Positions 10,208-20,469 of a stretch of DNA of 47,340 nucleotides are shown here, piece by piece. The stretch comes from Deltaproteobacteria bacterium. GTDB taxonomy: Bacteria > Myxococcota_A > UBA9160 > SMWR01. Position numbers and translations under genes: made by a program. The stretch lies in NCBI GenBank assembly GCA_032128375.1, contig JAQBGU010000140.1, positions 1-47,340 on the forward strand, written 5' to 3'. Below the pieces are notes generated by a model. The model was given only the letters and a program-made list of their open reading frames with translations, had not been told where the DNA came from and searched no databases. Within the stretch, counting starts at the first letter, position 1. The number at the start of each line of letters is the position of its first letter.

Positions 10208-12276
10208 CGAGAACCCGTCACGCCTCTCTCGTTGCGGCACGCACGGACCTTGCGCGTGCTCACCTTCAGCACGCGAAATCCGCGGCGTGCTTCGCTTCTG
10301 TAGAGAAAGTCGGTATCGAGAACGCGAAATTTCTCGACCTCTTCGGGTGTGTCCACGATGATCCAAGAAAACGGAGTCTGTTGACGGCACGAAGCCGCTT
10401 GAATTCCCTCTCGACGCCGCGCTTCGGGAACTTCGAACACCCGATCCGGTCGAACCGAGCCGCGCACCAGCTGCATCTGATGAGTTTTGAACATCCGCGA
10501 AATCAAGACAGTCTCGCCCTCGGGAATTTCCGCCAGCAACTCCGCGAACTGTAGGATCTCCGGCGAGCCCGCGTGATCTGCGACCCTCTCATCCCAGGTG
10601 CGAAAATAGACGAAGGCGTTGGTGAGTGTCAGCACACCCAGCAGCGTGAGCACGCCGATTCCACTGGTAATCCGGTTGACCAGACGCGCGGATGGGAGCG
10701 CCATCGCGAGAGCAACGACTGGAAACGCCGCAACTGCGTAGATAAATGGCAACGCGAGCACAGTTCGTCGCGGGACCACCCCGCCAATCGCCGCCGGTAG
10801 AAGCGCGCCCCCCACCACCCAGATCCACAGAAAACGCAGCGGCCATTCCCGCCAACGACGCGCAACCGAAATCAAGCCGAACAAGACAAGCGGAGCAACA
10901 ACTGGACTCAGCAACGGACCTGACACCCAACGGCCGGCGGATTCAGCGCTGGGCGCAAAGACCAGGCGGGCCAGCGTCGCCGGAATTCGATCCGCCAGAC
11001 TGTCGAGCCGCCATGGGTCGTCGAGTACCTGCCAGCCGACCGCACGCGCCGCTTGGATAGCGGCTTCTGCGGGCGCATTCGCGCCCTCGAGCAATACCAC
11101 GCGCCTTCCTCGACCGGTCTCGGCAAGTTTGACCTGCAACCGGTCCGAGTGAAATTCGCTCCGATACTCGGCTATTGCGGTTGATTCGCACTCCACCGGC
11201 GGAATCAGGAGTGCAGCACGCATACGGGAATCGTCGATGCGGGTCCAGACCGCCCGATCGAAGGTCTGCCCACTCACGTCGTCGATTCCCGCGCGAAACG
11301 CAATCAAGCCCGGGGCTGCCACCACCACGCCACCAGCCAGCGCGATAGCTGCCAGCCGATTCGCACCCTCGCGGGAGCGCAGCTCCGGCGATAGTACGAT
11401 GGTCACTGCGGCCATCACGGGTGCAAACCAGCTCAGCTGGTAGAAGTACAGCGACCCGCCGAGCAGGGAACCGAGTACAGCTGCCGGCATTGGCTTCCAC
11501 CGATCCACCAGCCACAGCATCGCCGCTACGCACACGCTGCCGTGAAGAACGCTAATCGAGATGTACAGGCCTACCCGGCTGTACAACAAGAACAGAGGGG
11601 CCGCCGCGCACATTGCCCCCATGCACAGTGCAACGCGCGCGCCCAGCTGTGTCCACAGGGCGCGCATCGCTATCGCGAGTGTCGACACAGCTGCCAGGAC
11701 CGAGACCCAGCGCAGAGAGATCACTTCGGCCCCGGCCAGTGCGGCAGCGATCGATTGCAGCGCGAACGGCACCGTCTGCGATTGGAACTGCTCGAACGTG
11801 TAAACGGCCTTCCCTTCGTGCGTGAGGATTTCGCCCGGATCGACAAGCCCGAGCTGCATCTGCGTCGCGCGGAGATACGCGACCTCGTCGAAATAAAGCT
11901 GTGGATAGACATCGAGTCGATACAGGCACACCGCGAGCGAGCCCAAAACGATCAAAACCGCGCATCCGACCAGAACCCAATTGGGGAGTTCCACGCCCGA
12001 GCGGCGCGGAACCCAGAACCAGTAGGCGACGACTGCGAGGCCATAGAGCAACAGGCCAGGAACGAAGAGTTCGTCCAGCAGGTAGGACTGCCCAATCCAG
12101 CCCAGACCGAATGCACAGGCTCCGAACCCAGCCCCGGTCCGGGCGGCAGCACGCCTCGCGCCCAAACTGACCGGGATCAACAGCAACAGCGCCGCCGGAA
12201 TGCGAAGCGGCACGAGCGCTTCGCCGAGTCGATGGAGTAGCGCGCCAAGTTCGATCAAGACGACTCCATCCGGCAT
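10204..12276 (-). CDS. GT-C fold (ArnT/PMT-like) membrane glycosyltransferase
   Basis: LYRLDVYPQLYFDEVAY acidic loop after the first TMs, many TMs, PRR motif, soluble C-terminal domain. Confidence 0.7.
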   Translation of the reverse strand: MPDGVVLIELGALLHRLGEALVPLRIPAALLLLIPVSLGARRAAARTGAGFGACAFGLGWIGQSYLLDELFVPGLLLYGLAVVAYWFWVPRRSGVELPNWVLVGCAVLIVLGSLAVCLYRLDVYPQLYFDEVAYLRATQMQLGLVDPGEILTHEGKAVYTFEQFQSQTVPFALQSIAAALAGAEVISLRWVSVLAAVSTLAIAMRALWTQLGARVALCMGAMCAAAPLFLLYSRVGLYISISVLHGSVCVAAMLWLVDRWKPMPAAVLGSLLGGSLYFYQLSWFAPVMAAVTIVLSPELRSREGANRLAAIALAGGVVVAAPGLIAFRAGIDDVSGQTFDRAVWTRIDDSRMRAALLIPPVECESTAIAEYRSEFHSDRLQVKLAETGRGRRVVLLEGANAPAEAAIQAARAVGWQVLDDPWRLDSLADRIPATLARLVFAPSAESAGRWVSGPLLSPVVAPLVLFGLISVARRWREWPLRFLWIWVVGGALLPAAIGGVVPRRTVLALPFIYAVAAFPVVALAMALPSARLVNRITSGIGVLTLLGVLTLTNAFVYFRTWDERVADHAGSPEILQFAELLAEIPEGETVLISRMFKTHQMQLVRGSVRPDRVFEVPEARRREGIQAASCRQQTPFSWIIVDTPEEVEKFRVLDTDFLYRSEARRGFRVLKVSTRKVRACRNERGVTGSR

Positions 12277-12353
12277 CCGGGCAAGATAACAGCGATCGCG
12301 GCATCCACGCGCCGTACCGGCGGAGCGTTTGTCGGGGGTATACTCGTGCCGCT

Positions 12354-14555
12354 TTGGATGATCCGACTGCTACCCCGGATTCGGAACAGAACAACCCGAA
12401 TCATGCGTGGCTCGACACCGGCCCGATCGTTGGATTGACGCTCGGGGTCGTTTCCACGTTCCTTGTCGTCGGCGGGATTCTTTGGGGCACCTGGAACGCC
12501 TACCAATCGCTCGAATCGGCGTCGTCTGCCCAGCTCTACCTGCAGCGTTTGACGACGCAGATCACGCGCCTCGATGAAGCGCTGGCCAGGTCGGCTCGCA
12601 ACGCGGCCACAACCGGCGACTCAAAGTGGCAGGCCCGTCACCGCGAAGCACTACCCGAACTGCGCGCGGCCATCGCGGAAGCGGCAGACTTGTCACCCGG
12701 CGAATTCGCCGGGGCTGCGGGGAAAGTCGGCGCGCATGCCGACCGCAAACAAGTCACGGCGATAGAGACCTTTGCGTTCGAACTCGTCCGAAACGAGCAG
12801 GGCCAGATGGCCGCGACGTTGCTGTTTGGAGAGCTCTACGAAGCGGCGCGCCGACGAGACTCTGCCGGTCTCGCCTTTCTGACACATGCGATCGACCAGC
12901 AGCTGGGTCGAGAAGTTGAGCGTCTTCAGGAACGCACCGCGACCACACACCTGGCTGCATGGGTCGCCATCGGCCTACTGCTGCTGTTGTGGTTCGGAAT
13001 CGCCAGCGCGATTCGCCGCAGCCTTGCCGCTCACGCGATGGCCGAACACGAGAGCCGCACGCTCGCAGGGCGGATCCAGAGCGCGCAGCGACTCGAGAGC
13101 CTGAGCGTCCTCGCTGGCGGGATCGCTCACGATTTCAACAACCTGTTGACCGGAATTCTCAGCAACGCGGGGACTGCGCGCCGTAAGCTTCCGGCCAACG
13201 ACTCCGCGCAACAACACCTGAGCGAGATCGTCCAAGGTTCGAAGCTCGCGGCCCACCTGACGTCACAGCTGCTGGCATACGCGGGAAAAGGCCAGTTCCA
13301 GGTCCTGGCGCGCGATTTGAGCGCCGCTGTCAACGAAATTCAAGACCTGCTCGAGACTTCGGTGCGGCACAAAGCCAAGCTCACCTACGATCTCTTCGAT
13401 CGGCTTCCCGCCATCCAGGTCGATCCCAGTCAGCTGCATCAGGCCATCATGAATCTGGTCCTCAACGCCTCGGAATCGATTGAGGGTGAGGTCGACGTGA
13501 CGATCAGAACGCGCATCCTCGATTTGAGCTCGACCGACATGAGTGAACTCGTACCGGGAAGCCCGCTCGAGCCCTGTCGTTGCGTCGCACTGGAAGTCGA
13601 AGATTTCGGCTGGGGGATGGATCGCGAGACTCTCGATCAGGTGTTCATTCCATTTTTCACTACCAAAACAGGCGGCCGTGGCCTTGGGCTCGCCGCGACA
13701 TTGGGGATTGCGCATCGACACGGCGGCGGGATCCACGTGAACTCTGAACTCGGCAGGGGGACATTGTTCCGGGTGTTGTTTCCCGCGTCCGACGGAGTGG
13801 CTGAGCACCTGCCGGAAAATCCGGTCAGCGACCTTTCGGGTCACGGCGTCGTGCTAGTCGTCGACGACGACGACTACATCCTGCAGGCCGTCTACGCGCT
13901 GCTCGAAAGCTATGGCTACTCGGTGCGGCTGGCGAAAACAGGCCGTCAAGCCATCGAGATCTACACTCAACATTGCGACGAAATCGACCTCGTGCTGCTC
14001 GACTTATCGATGCCGGGTATGAACGGAGAGGAGACATTCCGCGAATTGCGCAAAATTCGGAGCGATGTAAGAGTCCTGCTGTCGACCGGCTACGCACCCG
14101 ATGAGGCCGCGCAGCGATTCACAGACACTGGACTCGCCGGATTTTTGCGCAAACCCTACGACGCGGATGCATTGGGGGACGCAATCAAGCGGATTCTCGA
14201 CCGCGAGCCGAGCGCGGGACCCACCGGCCGACTCGACGAAGCGATGCTCGGACTTCGAGCCTCCTACGGGCGAAAGCTCCCCGAAAAGCTCGACGAACTC
14301 GCTGAGGCAATACGGCTGGCCCGCGGTCCCAATGCATCCAAAGCCAAAGAAGACGCGCGCGCGCTGGCGCATCGCCTGGCGGGAACGTCGGGCTCTTACG
14401 GTCTGGCGCGGATCGGTGCCGAGCTGGATCGCGTCGAGTCTGCGCTTCGCTGCTTGATCGAACCATCAGAGGGCAGCGCAGAGGGAAGCCCGGACGAACT
14501 CTGGAAGACAATCGACGCGTGCATGCGGGTTGTCCGGGAACTCCAGAACGACTAG
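12354..14555 (+). CDS. Membrane hybrid sensor histidine kinase (HisKA-HATPase-REC-Hpt)
   Basis: Two TMs; AHDFNNLL H-box, NLVLNA, FIPFFTTK, GRGLGLA; REC VVDDD/LLDLSMP/KPY; C-terminal AHRLAGTSGSYG Hpt. Start codon uncertain. Confidence 0.92.
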   Translation: MDDPTATPDSEQNNPNHAWLDTGPIVGLTLGVVSTFLVVGGILWGTWNAYQSLESASSAQLYLQRLTTQITRLDEALARSARNAATTGDSKWQARHREALPELRAAIAEAADLSPGEFAGAAGKVGAHADRKQVTAIETFAFELVRNEQGQMAATLLFGELYEAARRRDSAGLAFLTHAIDQQLGREVERLQERTATTHLAAWVAIGLLLLLWFGIASAIRRSLAAHAMAEHESRTLAGRIQSAQRLESLSVLAGGIAHDFNNLLTGILSNAGTARRKLPANDSAQQHLSEIVQGSKLAAHLTSQLLAYAGKGQFQVLARDLSAAVNEIQDLLETSVRHKAKLTYDLFDRLPAIQVDPSQLHQAIMNLVLNASESIEGEVDVTIRTRILDLSSTDMSELVPGSPLEPCRCVALEVEDFGWGMDRETLDQVFIPFFTTKTGGRGLGLAATLGIAHRHGGGIHVNSELGRGTLFRVLFPASDGVAEHLPENPVSDLSGHGVVLVVDDDDYILQAVYALLESYGYSVRLAKTGRQAIEIYTQHCDEIDLVLLDLSMPGMNGEETFRELRKIRSDVRVLLSTGYAPDEAAQRFTDTGLAGFLRKPYDADALGDAIKRILDREPSAGPTGRLDEAMLGLRASYGRKLPEKLDELAEAIRLARGPNASKAKEDARALAHRLAGTSGSYGLARIGAELDRVESALRCLIEPSEGSAEGSPDELWKTIDACMRVVRELQND

Positions 14556-14633
14556 TTGCGCGTTTGCCGCGGAAGCTCCGACGTCCTCGCCCGACCGGAG
14601 ACGGGGCAGCCTCCTCGCCTGCGAACGGTTGGG

Positions 14634-15944
14634 CTACGCCGGCGAATCGGTGAATGCCACCGGAATTCGCCCGGGAACCCGGAACAGCGAGCGGCCCCAC
14701 TCGGTCTTCTCATCGAGCAACCGAAGATTATCGAAGCGCCGGACGATTCCACCGATCGCGATCTGGGTCTCGAGTCGAGCGAGGTGAGCGCCGAGGCAGA
14801 AGTGCGCGCCGCCCCCAAACGAAAAATGGGGCGCTGCGCCCTTGTCTTTCCCGTATCGGTCCTTTACGTAACGCGTGACATCGAAGCGCTCCGGATCGTC
14901 GAAAGCTTCAGGGTCGCGATTCGCGGCGGCAATCAACGCGAGGACCTCCGTGTCGTCCGGGATTACATACCCACCGAACTCCGCATCGGCGTGAAGCACG
15001 CGCACCGTGGCGACAATCGGCCCGGAGAAGCGCAAACACTCTTCGACCGTACTCTCGATCAGCTCGGGATGGGCACGCAGCTTCTGGATTTCGTCGGGAT
15101 TGCGAATCAGGGTGGTCAGCCCGTTGCCGATCAGGCCGATCGTCGTTTCGAAGCCCGCAATCAACAAGCCGATCGACTGCGAGAGCAATTCGATCTCGGA
15201 GAGCTTCTCTCCATCTTCCTCCGCAGTAATGAGCGTCGAAAGCAGATCGTCGGAATCCTTGCCGCGTCGCTCGGCGATCAGCTCATTGAAATAGTTGAGC
15301 AGCGAGACCCCGGCGACCTCGACTCTGGCCCGAATTTCCTCATCGCCGCCGCCCCGCACGACCGCGAGCCCATGGGTCGCGTCGGTCGTCCACTTCGTGA
15401 ACTTCCCCTGGTCTTCGGACGGGACACCAAGCATCTCGCAGATCAGGGTCGCCGGGACCGGCAGTGCGAGATCGGCGACGAGGTCCATTGTCCCTGCGCT
15501 CGCCACTCGATCGAGCAGTGTCTCGGTGACCTCTTCAACTCGCGTACGCCAACCTTCGATCGCGCGTGGTGTAAAAGCTTTCGAAACGAGCTTGCGGAGC
15601 CTCGTGTGGTTCGGCGGGTCCTGAAGCAGCATGAAGACCCCCGCGCCAGGGTCCTCGACCTCTTGCCCGGGGAGCAGGCCGTTGTGACGCCGCATACCGG
15701 ACGGCACGTTGCGGAGCAGCTTGTGCACGTCCTCGTAGCGAGACAGGCGCCATCCACCATCCGGTGTGAGATTGACGGGCTGTCTCTCGCGGAGCTCCCG
15801 GAACTCCGTGTAGGGGTCCTCGATCTGAACGTTCTGCTCGTCGAATACCAGACCGTACCAACCCGGCTCGGGGGTGCGGGCCGAGACAGAATTCTCGTCA
15901 GCTTTCTCGTCAGCTGGAGAAAGCTGGGCTGTGGCGTCGGTCAT
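14634..15944 (-). CDS. Cytochrome P450
   Basis: DPPNHTRLR, AGFETT I-helix, EECLR, FGGGAHFCLG heme-Cys motif. Confidence 0.96.
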   Translation of the reverse strand: MTDATAQLSPADEKADENSVSARTPEPGWYGLVFDEQNVQIEDPYTEFRELRERQPVNLTPDGGWRLSRYEDVHKLLRNVPSGMRRHNGLLPGQEVEDPGAGVFMLLQDPPNHTRLRKLVSKAFTPRAIEGWRTRVEEVTETLLDRVASAGTMDLVADLALPVPATLICEMLGVPSEDQGKFTKWTTDATHGLAVVRGGGDEEIRARVEVAGVSLLNYFNELIAERRGKDSDDLLSTLITAEEDGEKLSEIELLSQSIGLLIAGFETTIGLIGNGLTTLIRNPDEIQKLRAHPELIESTVEECLRFSGPIVATVRVLHADAEFGGYVIPDDTEVLALIAAANRDPEAFDDPERFDVTRYVKDRYGKDKGAAPHFSFGGGAHFCLGAHLARLETQIAIGGIVRRFDNLRLLDEKTEWGRSLFRVPGRIPVAFTDSPA

Positions 15945-16258
15945 GTGGGGTTCCTCTGCGGATCAGGGGCGCAAGCAAAGGCTAGCGAATCACCCACCGA
16001 TGTGAGGGGAGCCCAGCGCAGAGCGTTGAGGGCCGACGCCTCGCGAAACACGACATGGGCGTCAGTGCCCGCGACCAGAACCGCGTCGATCATGTTCGGG
16101 GAGCGGCGCCTGCCCATTCGAGTCGCGAAGCAGACACGCCTACTTGCGCCACAGCCTACTCTCGCGGACGATGTGCTGGCTTGCCACTGGCGACACCCTA
16201 CCGACAACGATCCCAGTCACAGCGAACCAATCGTCGCGTTCGATCGCGATGAGGGCGC

Positions 16259-17599
16259 CTACGTCCCGGTGGTTCGCAACAGCCAACCGCGTACCCGGGA
16301 GCGGACCAGTGTGGGCTTGATCGGTTTGGTCAGGTAGTCGGTCGCGCCCGCAGTGAACGCCTCGACAATATCGGTTTCCTCTAGCTTCAGGCCAGTCAAA
16401 ACCAGTATCGGTGTGTTGCGAATCCTCGGATCAGACTCGGCGCGGATCGCTCTGCATACTTCCAAGCCGTGGCGACTGGGCAATTCCAGGTCGAGAAGAA
16501 TCAAGGTCGGTCGATGCTCGCGCGCGCTCGCGAGCGCAACGTCTCCATCGGTCGCCGCTAGCACTCTGATCCCATCCGCGCGCAGCGTCGTTTCCAGTAG
16601 CAATACCATATCCGGATCATCGTCAACGATCAGCACGGTTGCCGCTCGCCGCGGCGAGAGACTCAACAGGGCCGAAAATTCGGATTGGATCGGGTGTTCT
16701 CCGAAGCTGGCGCCTGCGCGAACATCGCGCGTGACATCAATCGACATCCCCTCCGCGGCAGCGTCGATTTTCGGGGCAAATTCACAACCGGCCGCTCGTT
16801 CGCGCGCCATCTCGAGCAACGCATCGAGCTCTTCGTCGTCGCGATCTGGGTCGTGGTGGGTGAAAACCAGATGGGGGGTCCGCGCGAGAATCGCGTAATC
16901 GACGGCGCGCTCGAGCGGAGTGTGACCCCAACCCGCCTTCAATGGGAAGTCGTCGAGGGTGTACTGGGCGTCGTGAATCACCAAGTCCGCGCCCTCCAAG
17001 AAGCGGGCATGTCGCCGATCCTCGTGGTGGATCGGTTCCGCGCCAGCTGGCGCATCCAGAGGGTGCAGCGAATGCGGCTCGTGGTCGCATGCATAGATGA
17101 CGATGGCCTCGTCGGTCTCGAAACGGAAACCGAGAGTCAGAGCCGGATGATTCAGGTATTGCGTCGTGATGCGAACTGGCCCGATCTGGAATACGCCCTC
17201 CGTCAGGTCTTGATACTCGACGTCGGCGCTCAGCGCGTCGAGATTGATCGGGGAATACTCGTAGGACATCTGACCGGCCAGCGCGGATTCAAGCTTCCGG
17301 TCGCCTCCGCCGGGTGCGTAAATGCGCCAGCGCGATCCCGGAGTAAACAGTGGCGCAAAGAACGGGAAGCCTTGGATGTGGTCCCAATGCGTGTGGCCAA
17401 TCAGCAAATGCCCATCAACCGGCTCAGGCGACGCGGCCAATTTCTTTCCCAACTTGTGGGCGCCGGTACCGCAATCGACAACGATCAACGTGCCATCGGC
17501 CGCCGATATTTCGATACACGACGTGTTTCCACCGTATCGCAACGTGGCGGGCCCGGGTTGCGCGATCGATCCGCGGGTTCCCCAAAACCGGATCTGCAT
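16259..17599 (-). CDS. MBL-fold metallo-hydrolase fused to a C-terminal receiver domain
   Basis: FWGTRGS, YGGNTSC, DCGTG, HTHWDHIQG, HDAQY, GWGH, HHDP; REC IVDDD...LLDLELP...KP. Confidence 0.92.
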   Translation of the reverse strand: MQIRFWGTRGSIAQPGPATLRYGGNTSCIEISAADGTLIVVDCGTGAHKLGKKLAASPEPVDGHLLIGHTHWDHIQGFPFFAPLFTPGSRWRIYAPGGGDRKLESALAGQMSYEYSPINLDALSADVEYQDLTEGVFQIGPVRITTQYLNHPALTLGFRFETDEAIVIYACDHEPHSLHPLDAPAGAEPIHHEDRRHARFLEGADLVIHDAQYTLDDFPLKAGWGHTPLERAVDYAILARTPHLVFTHHDPDRDDEELDALLEMARERAAGCEFAPKIDAAAEGMSIDVTRDVRAGASFGEHPIQSEFSALLSLSPRRAATVLIVDDDPDMVLLLETTLRADGIRVLAATDGDVALASAREHRPTLILLDLELPSRHGLEVCRAIRAESDPRIRNTPILVLTGLKLEETDIVEAFTAGATDYLTKPIKPTLVRSRVRGWLLRTTGT

Positions 17600-17772
17600 G
17601 ACGGTTGATTGTATCCGCTGCGGCTAGCGTGTGCAGACCGATTTGATCGGCCCGATCGTTTCAGCTGGGTTCGAAGACCGGCTACCCTACAATCGCCGGG
17701 GTTGATAGCCCTCGTCGAATGATCGCGGCGCCGATCAGCACGCGCATCAAATCCGCCCAGGAGCCCACCGAA

Positions 17773-18192
17773 ATGAAGTATCTCCACAGCATGGTCCGAG
17801 TTCGAGATCTCGAAAGATCGCTTGATTTCTATTGCGCGAAACTGGGTCTGGAGGAGCTCCACCGCGTGGACGTCGCAGCGGGGCGATTCACGCTGGTGTT
17901 CTTGGCGGCACCCGGCGACCGCGAGGCACAAGTCGAACTGACGCACAACTGGGACCCGGAGGAGTACGACGAGGGGCGCAACTTCGGCCATCTGGCCTAC
18001 CAGGTAGACGACATCTATGCGGTGTGCCAACGCCTGCGCGACGGAGGTGTCACCGTCAACCGGCCGCCGCGCGACGGCCACATGGCGTTTGTGCGATCAC
18101 CCGACAACATCTCGATCGAACTTCTGCAGGCGGGCAGCCCGCTCGCTCCCCGCGAGCCGTGGCTGTCGATGCCCAACAGCGGAAAATGGTAG
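17773..18192 (+). CDS. gloA: Lactoylglutathione lyase (glyoxalase I)
   Basis: MKYLHSMVRV, ELTHNW, GRNFGHLAY, MAFVRSPDNISIEL. Confidence 0.9.
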   Translation: MKYLHSMVRVRDLERSLDFYCAKLGLEELHRVDVAAGRFTLVFLAAPGDREAQVELTHNWDPEEYDEGRNFGHLAYQVDDIYAVCQRLRDGGVTVNRPPRDGHMAFVRSPDNISIELLQAGSPLAPREPWLSMPNSGKW

Positions 18193-18210
18193 CCACCGGC
18201 GCGGAACCCA

Positions 18211-19143
18211 ATGCAAGACGGTAACCGACGCGCGATCATGGCTGCCTTCTCGGCCAACCTCGGCATTTCAGTCGCGAAATTCATCGGCTTCCTGGCAACA
18301 GGCGCCGCTTCGATGCTCGCCGAGGCGGTCCACTCGCTCGCCGACACGGGCAATCAAGGCCTGTTGCTGATGGGCGCCAGACGCTCCCAGCGCGCTGCCA
18401 CGCGCCAGCACCCGTTTGGCTACGGCCGGGAGCGCTACTTCTGGGCGTTTGTCGTTGCGCTCGTGCTGTTTTCAATGGGGGCGTTGTTCGCAATCACGGA
18501 GGGGATCGACAAACTTCGACATCCCCATCAACTCGAATCCCCACATTGGGCGATCGGAATCCTGCTCGTCGCACTGGCTCTCGAGAGCTGGTCCTTCTAC
18601 ACAGCGATTGTCGAGGCGAACAAGGTCCGGGAAGCGACCGGCTGGTGGGATTTCATTCGCCAGACCAAGAGCCCTGAGCTGCCGGTGGTTCTACTCGAAG
18701 ACCTGGGCGCGCTGGTGGGACTGTGCTTCGCACTGCTGGGTGTGTCGATGAGTATCGTGACGGGAGACTCGCGCTTTGATGCCATGGGAAGCATCGCGAT
18801 CGGGTTGCTGCTGGCGGCAATCGCAGTCGTCGTTGCAATTGAAATGCAGAGTCTGCTGATCGGAGAAGCGGCGACTGGATCACAAGAGCGCGACATCCAC
18901 CAAGCGATCACGTCTTCCCCATCGGTCAACAGTCTCATTCACATTCGAACGCTGCACCTGGGTCCCGATGAGTTGCTGGTCGCAGCGAAGGTAGAGCTCG
19001 ACGAGAGTCTGGATTTCCCAGGTATCGCCGCCACCATCGACGCGATCGAGGCGTCGATCCGAAGCCGCGTCCCGATTGCACGGGTGATCTACATCGAGCC
19101 GGATGTGGCACGAGACCCGACGGCGGCCTCCGGAAGCGGGTGA
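18211..19143 (+). CDS. Cation diffusion facilitator family transporter (second, divergent subtype)
   Basis: EAVHSLADTGNQ, HPFGYGRERYFW, VLLEDLGA, SLLIGEAA, IRTLHLGP, IYIEPD. Confidence 0.92.
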   Translation: MQDGNRRAIMAAFSANLGISVAKFIGFLATGAASMLAEAVHSLADTGNQGLLLMGARRSQRAATRQHPFGYGRERYFWAFVVALVLFSMGALFAITEGIDKLRHPHQLESPHWAIGILLVALALESWSFYTAIVEANKVREATGWWDFIRQTKSPELPVVLLEDLGALVGLCFALLGVSMSIVTGDSRFDAMGSIAIGLLLAAIAVVVAIEMQSLLIGEAATGSQERDIHQAITSSPSVNSLIHIRTLHLGPDELLVAAKVELDESLDFPGIAATIDAIEASIRSRVPIARVIYIEPDVARDPTAASGSG

Positions 19144-19241
19144 TCTAGCATTGAGCGATTGGCCATTGATTCTTGGCCCGGATCGCGTTTGACTAGCCGT
19201 TCAATTCTTGTGAAATCCACAACCGGAGAGGCCAAAGGCAC

Positions 19242-20312
19242 ATGAGAGCGGCAATCCTCACAGAACTCAACAAGGAACTCACTATTCGCGACGACATCGA
19301 ACTCGTCGATCTCGGCGCAGGGGAAGTTCACGTCAAGATCGTCTCGAGTGGCGTGTGCCACTCGGACGTCTCCGCGCAGAACGGCACCATTCCGTCCGGA
19401 TTACCGTGCGTACTCGGGCACGAAGGCGCCGGTGTCATCCAGGAAGTCGGCGACGGCGTCACGGAAGTCAAAGCCGGTGATCACGTAATCATTTCGTTCA
19501 CGCCTGCCTGCCGAAACTGCAAGGCGTGCCTGCGCGGACAGTCCTACCTGTGCCAGTCGATGGGGCCGATGATGGTTCCGCACTTCAAAATCGACGGAAA
19601 ACCTGTCATGGGTTTTGCCGGTTGCGGGACGTTCGCAGACGAATTGATCGTGCCCGAATCTGCCGTAGTGAAGGTGGACAACGACATCCCGCTCGACGTC
19701 GTGTCGCTGATCGGGTGTGGCGTGACTACCGGTGTTGGCGCGGCCATCAACACGGCGAAGGTCACGCCCGGTAGCTCCGTGGTCGTATTCGGCTGCGGCG
19801 GCATTGGCATCTCCGCCATCCAGGGCGCGCGCATCGCGGGTGCCGCAGAGATCGTCGCAGTCGACACCCTGCCGGCAAAACTCGAGATGGCCAAGAACTT
19901 TGGCGCCACTCACACGGCCCTTCCCAAAGACCTGCCGGGTGTTCAGATGGCGGTTACCGGCGGAGAGGGGTTCGACTTCGCATTGGAGTGCATCGGCAAC
20001 CCGAATACGATTCGCGCCACTTACGACGCAACGCGGCGCGGAGGCACAGCCGTCATCGTCGGCGTGGGGCGCATGGACGAGATGGTGCAATTCTCGGCCT
20101 TCGAGTTCTTCTTCGCAGACAAGACGTTGCGCGGATCGATGTACGGCAGCGCGAACGTGCGCGTCGACATGCCCAAGCTGCTGCGACTTTGGAGGACGGG
20201 CAAGCTCGACCTCGAAAGCATGATCAGCCGCCGCGGAAAGCTCGATGATGTCAACGAAGCCTTCCGCGCGATGCAGGCGGGCGAAGTCATCCGGACCGTG
20301 CTCGACTTCTAG
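19242..20312 (+). CDS. Zinc-dependent alcohol dehydrogenase
   Basis: GVCHSD, GHEGAG, CxxCxxCx7C structural Zn site, GCGVTTG, GCGGIG. Confidence 0.95.
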   Translation: MRAAILTELNKELTIRDDIELVDLGAGEVHVKIVSSGVCHSDVSAQNGTIPSGLPCVLGHEGAGVIQEVGDGVTEVKAGDHVIISFTPACRNCKACLRGQSYLCQSMGPMMVPHFKIDGKPVMGFAGCGTFADELIVPESAVVKVDNDIPLDVVSLIGCGVTTGVGAAINTAKVTPGSSVVVFGCGGIGISAIQGARIAGAAEIVAVDTLPAKLEMAKNFGATHTALPKDLPGVQMAVTGGEGFDFALECIGNPNTIRATYDATRRGGTAVIVGVGRMDEMVQFSAFEFFFADKTLRGSMYGSANVRVDMPKLLRLWRTGKLDLESMISRRGKLDDVNEAFRAMQAGEVIRTVLDF

Positions 20313-20408
20313 GAGCCCGTTCCAAGATGGGTCGGGCGACGACGTGGGAGCTGTCGCCGTGCAGCGGCGAACCCGCAATGAGTCGAGCCGGGCGACGAGC
20401 AAGCTAGA

Positions 20409-20448
20409 CGCGTGCACGCGGCAGAGTCCGCTCTTCCGCGTGCACGCG
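20409..20448. terminator. Long hairpin between convergent genes (possible bidirectional terminator)
   Basis: CGCGTGCACGCGG(20409-20421)...CCGCGTGCACGCG(20436-20448) with inner AGAG/CTCT pairing. Confidence 0.5.
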
Positions 20449-20469
20449 CGTTTCCAACCCCCGTGCGCG

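Noticed and set aside
15941..16207. 88-aa minus-strand ORF between the MBL-REC and P450 genes
   Set aside because: No RBS or motif I can support; may be untranslated leader.
14556..16337. 593-aa plus-strand ORF
   Set aside because: Antisense shadow of the P450; no motifs; expected in GC-rich DNA.
19188..19204. TTGA-N8-TCAA dyad upstream of the Zn-ADH
   Set aside because: Only 4-bp arms and no adjacent regulator; too weak to call.
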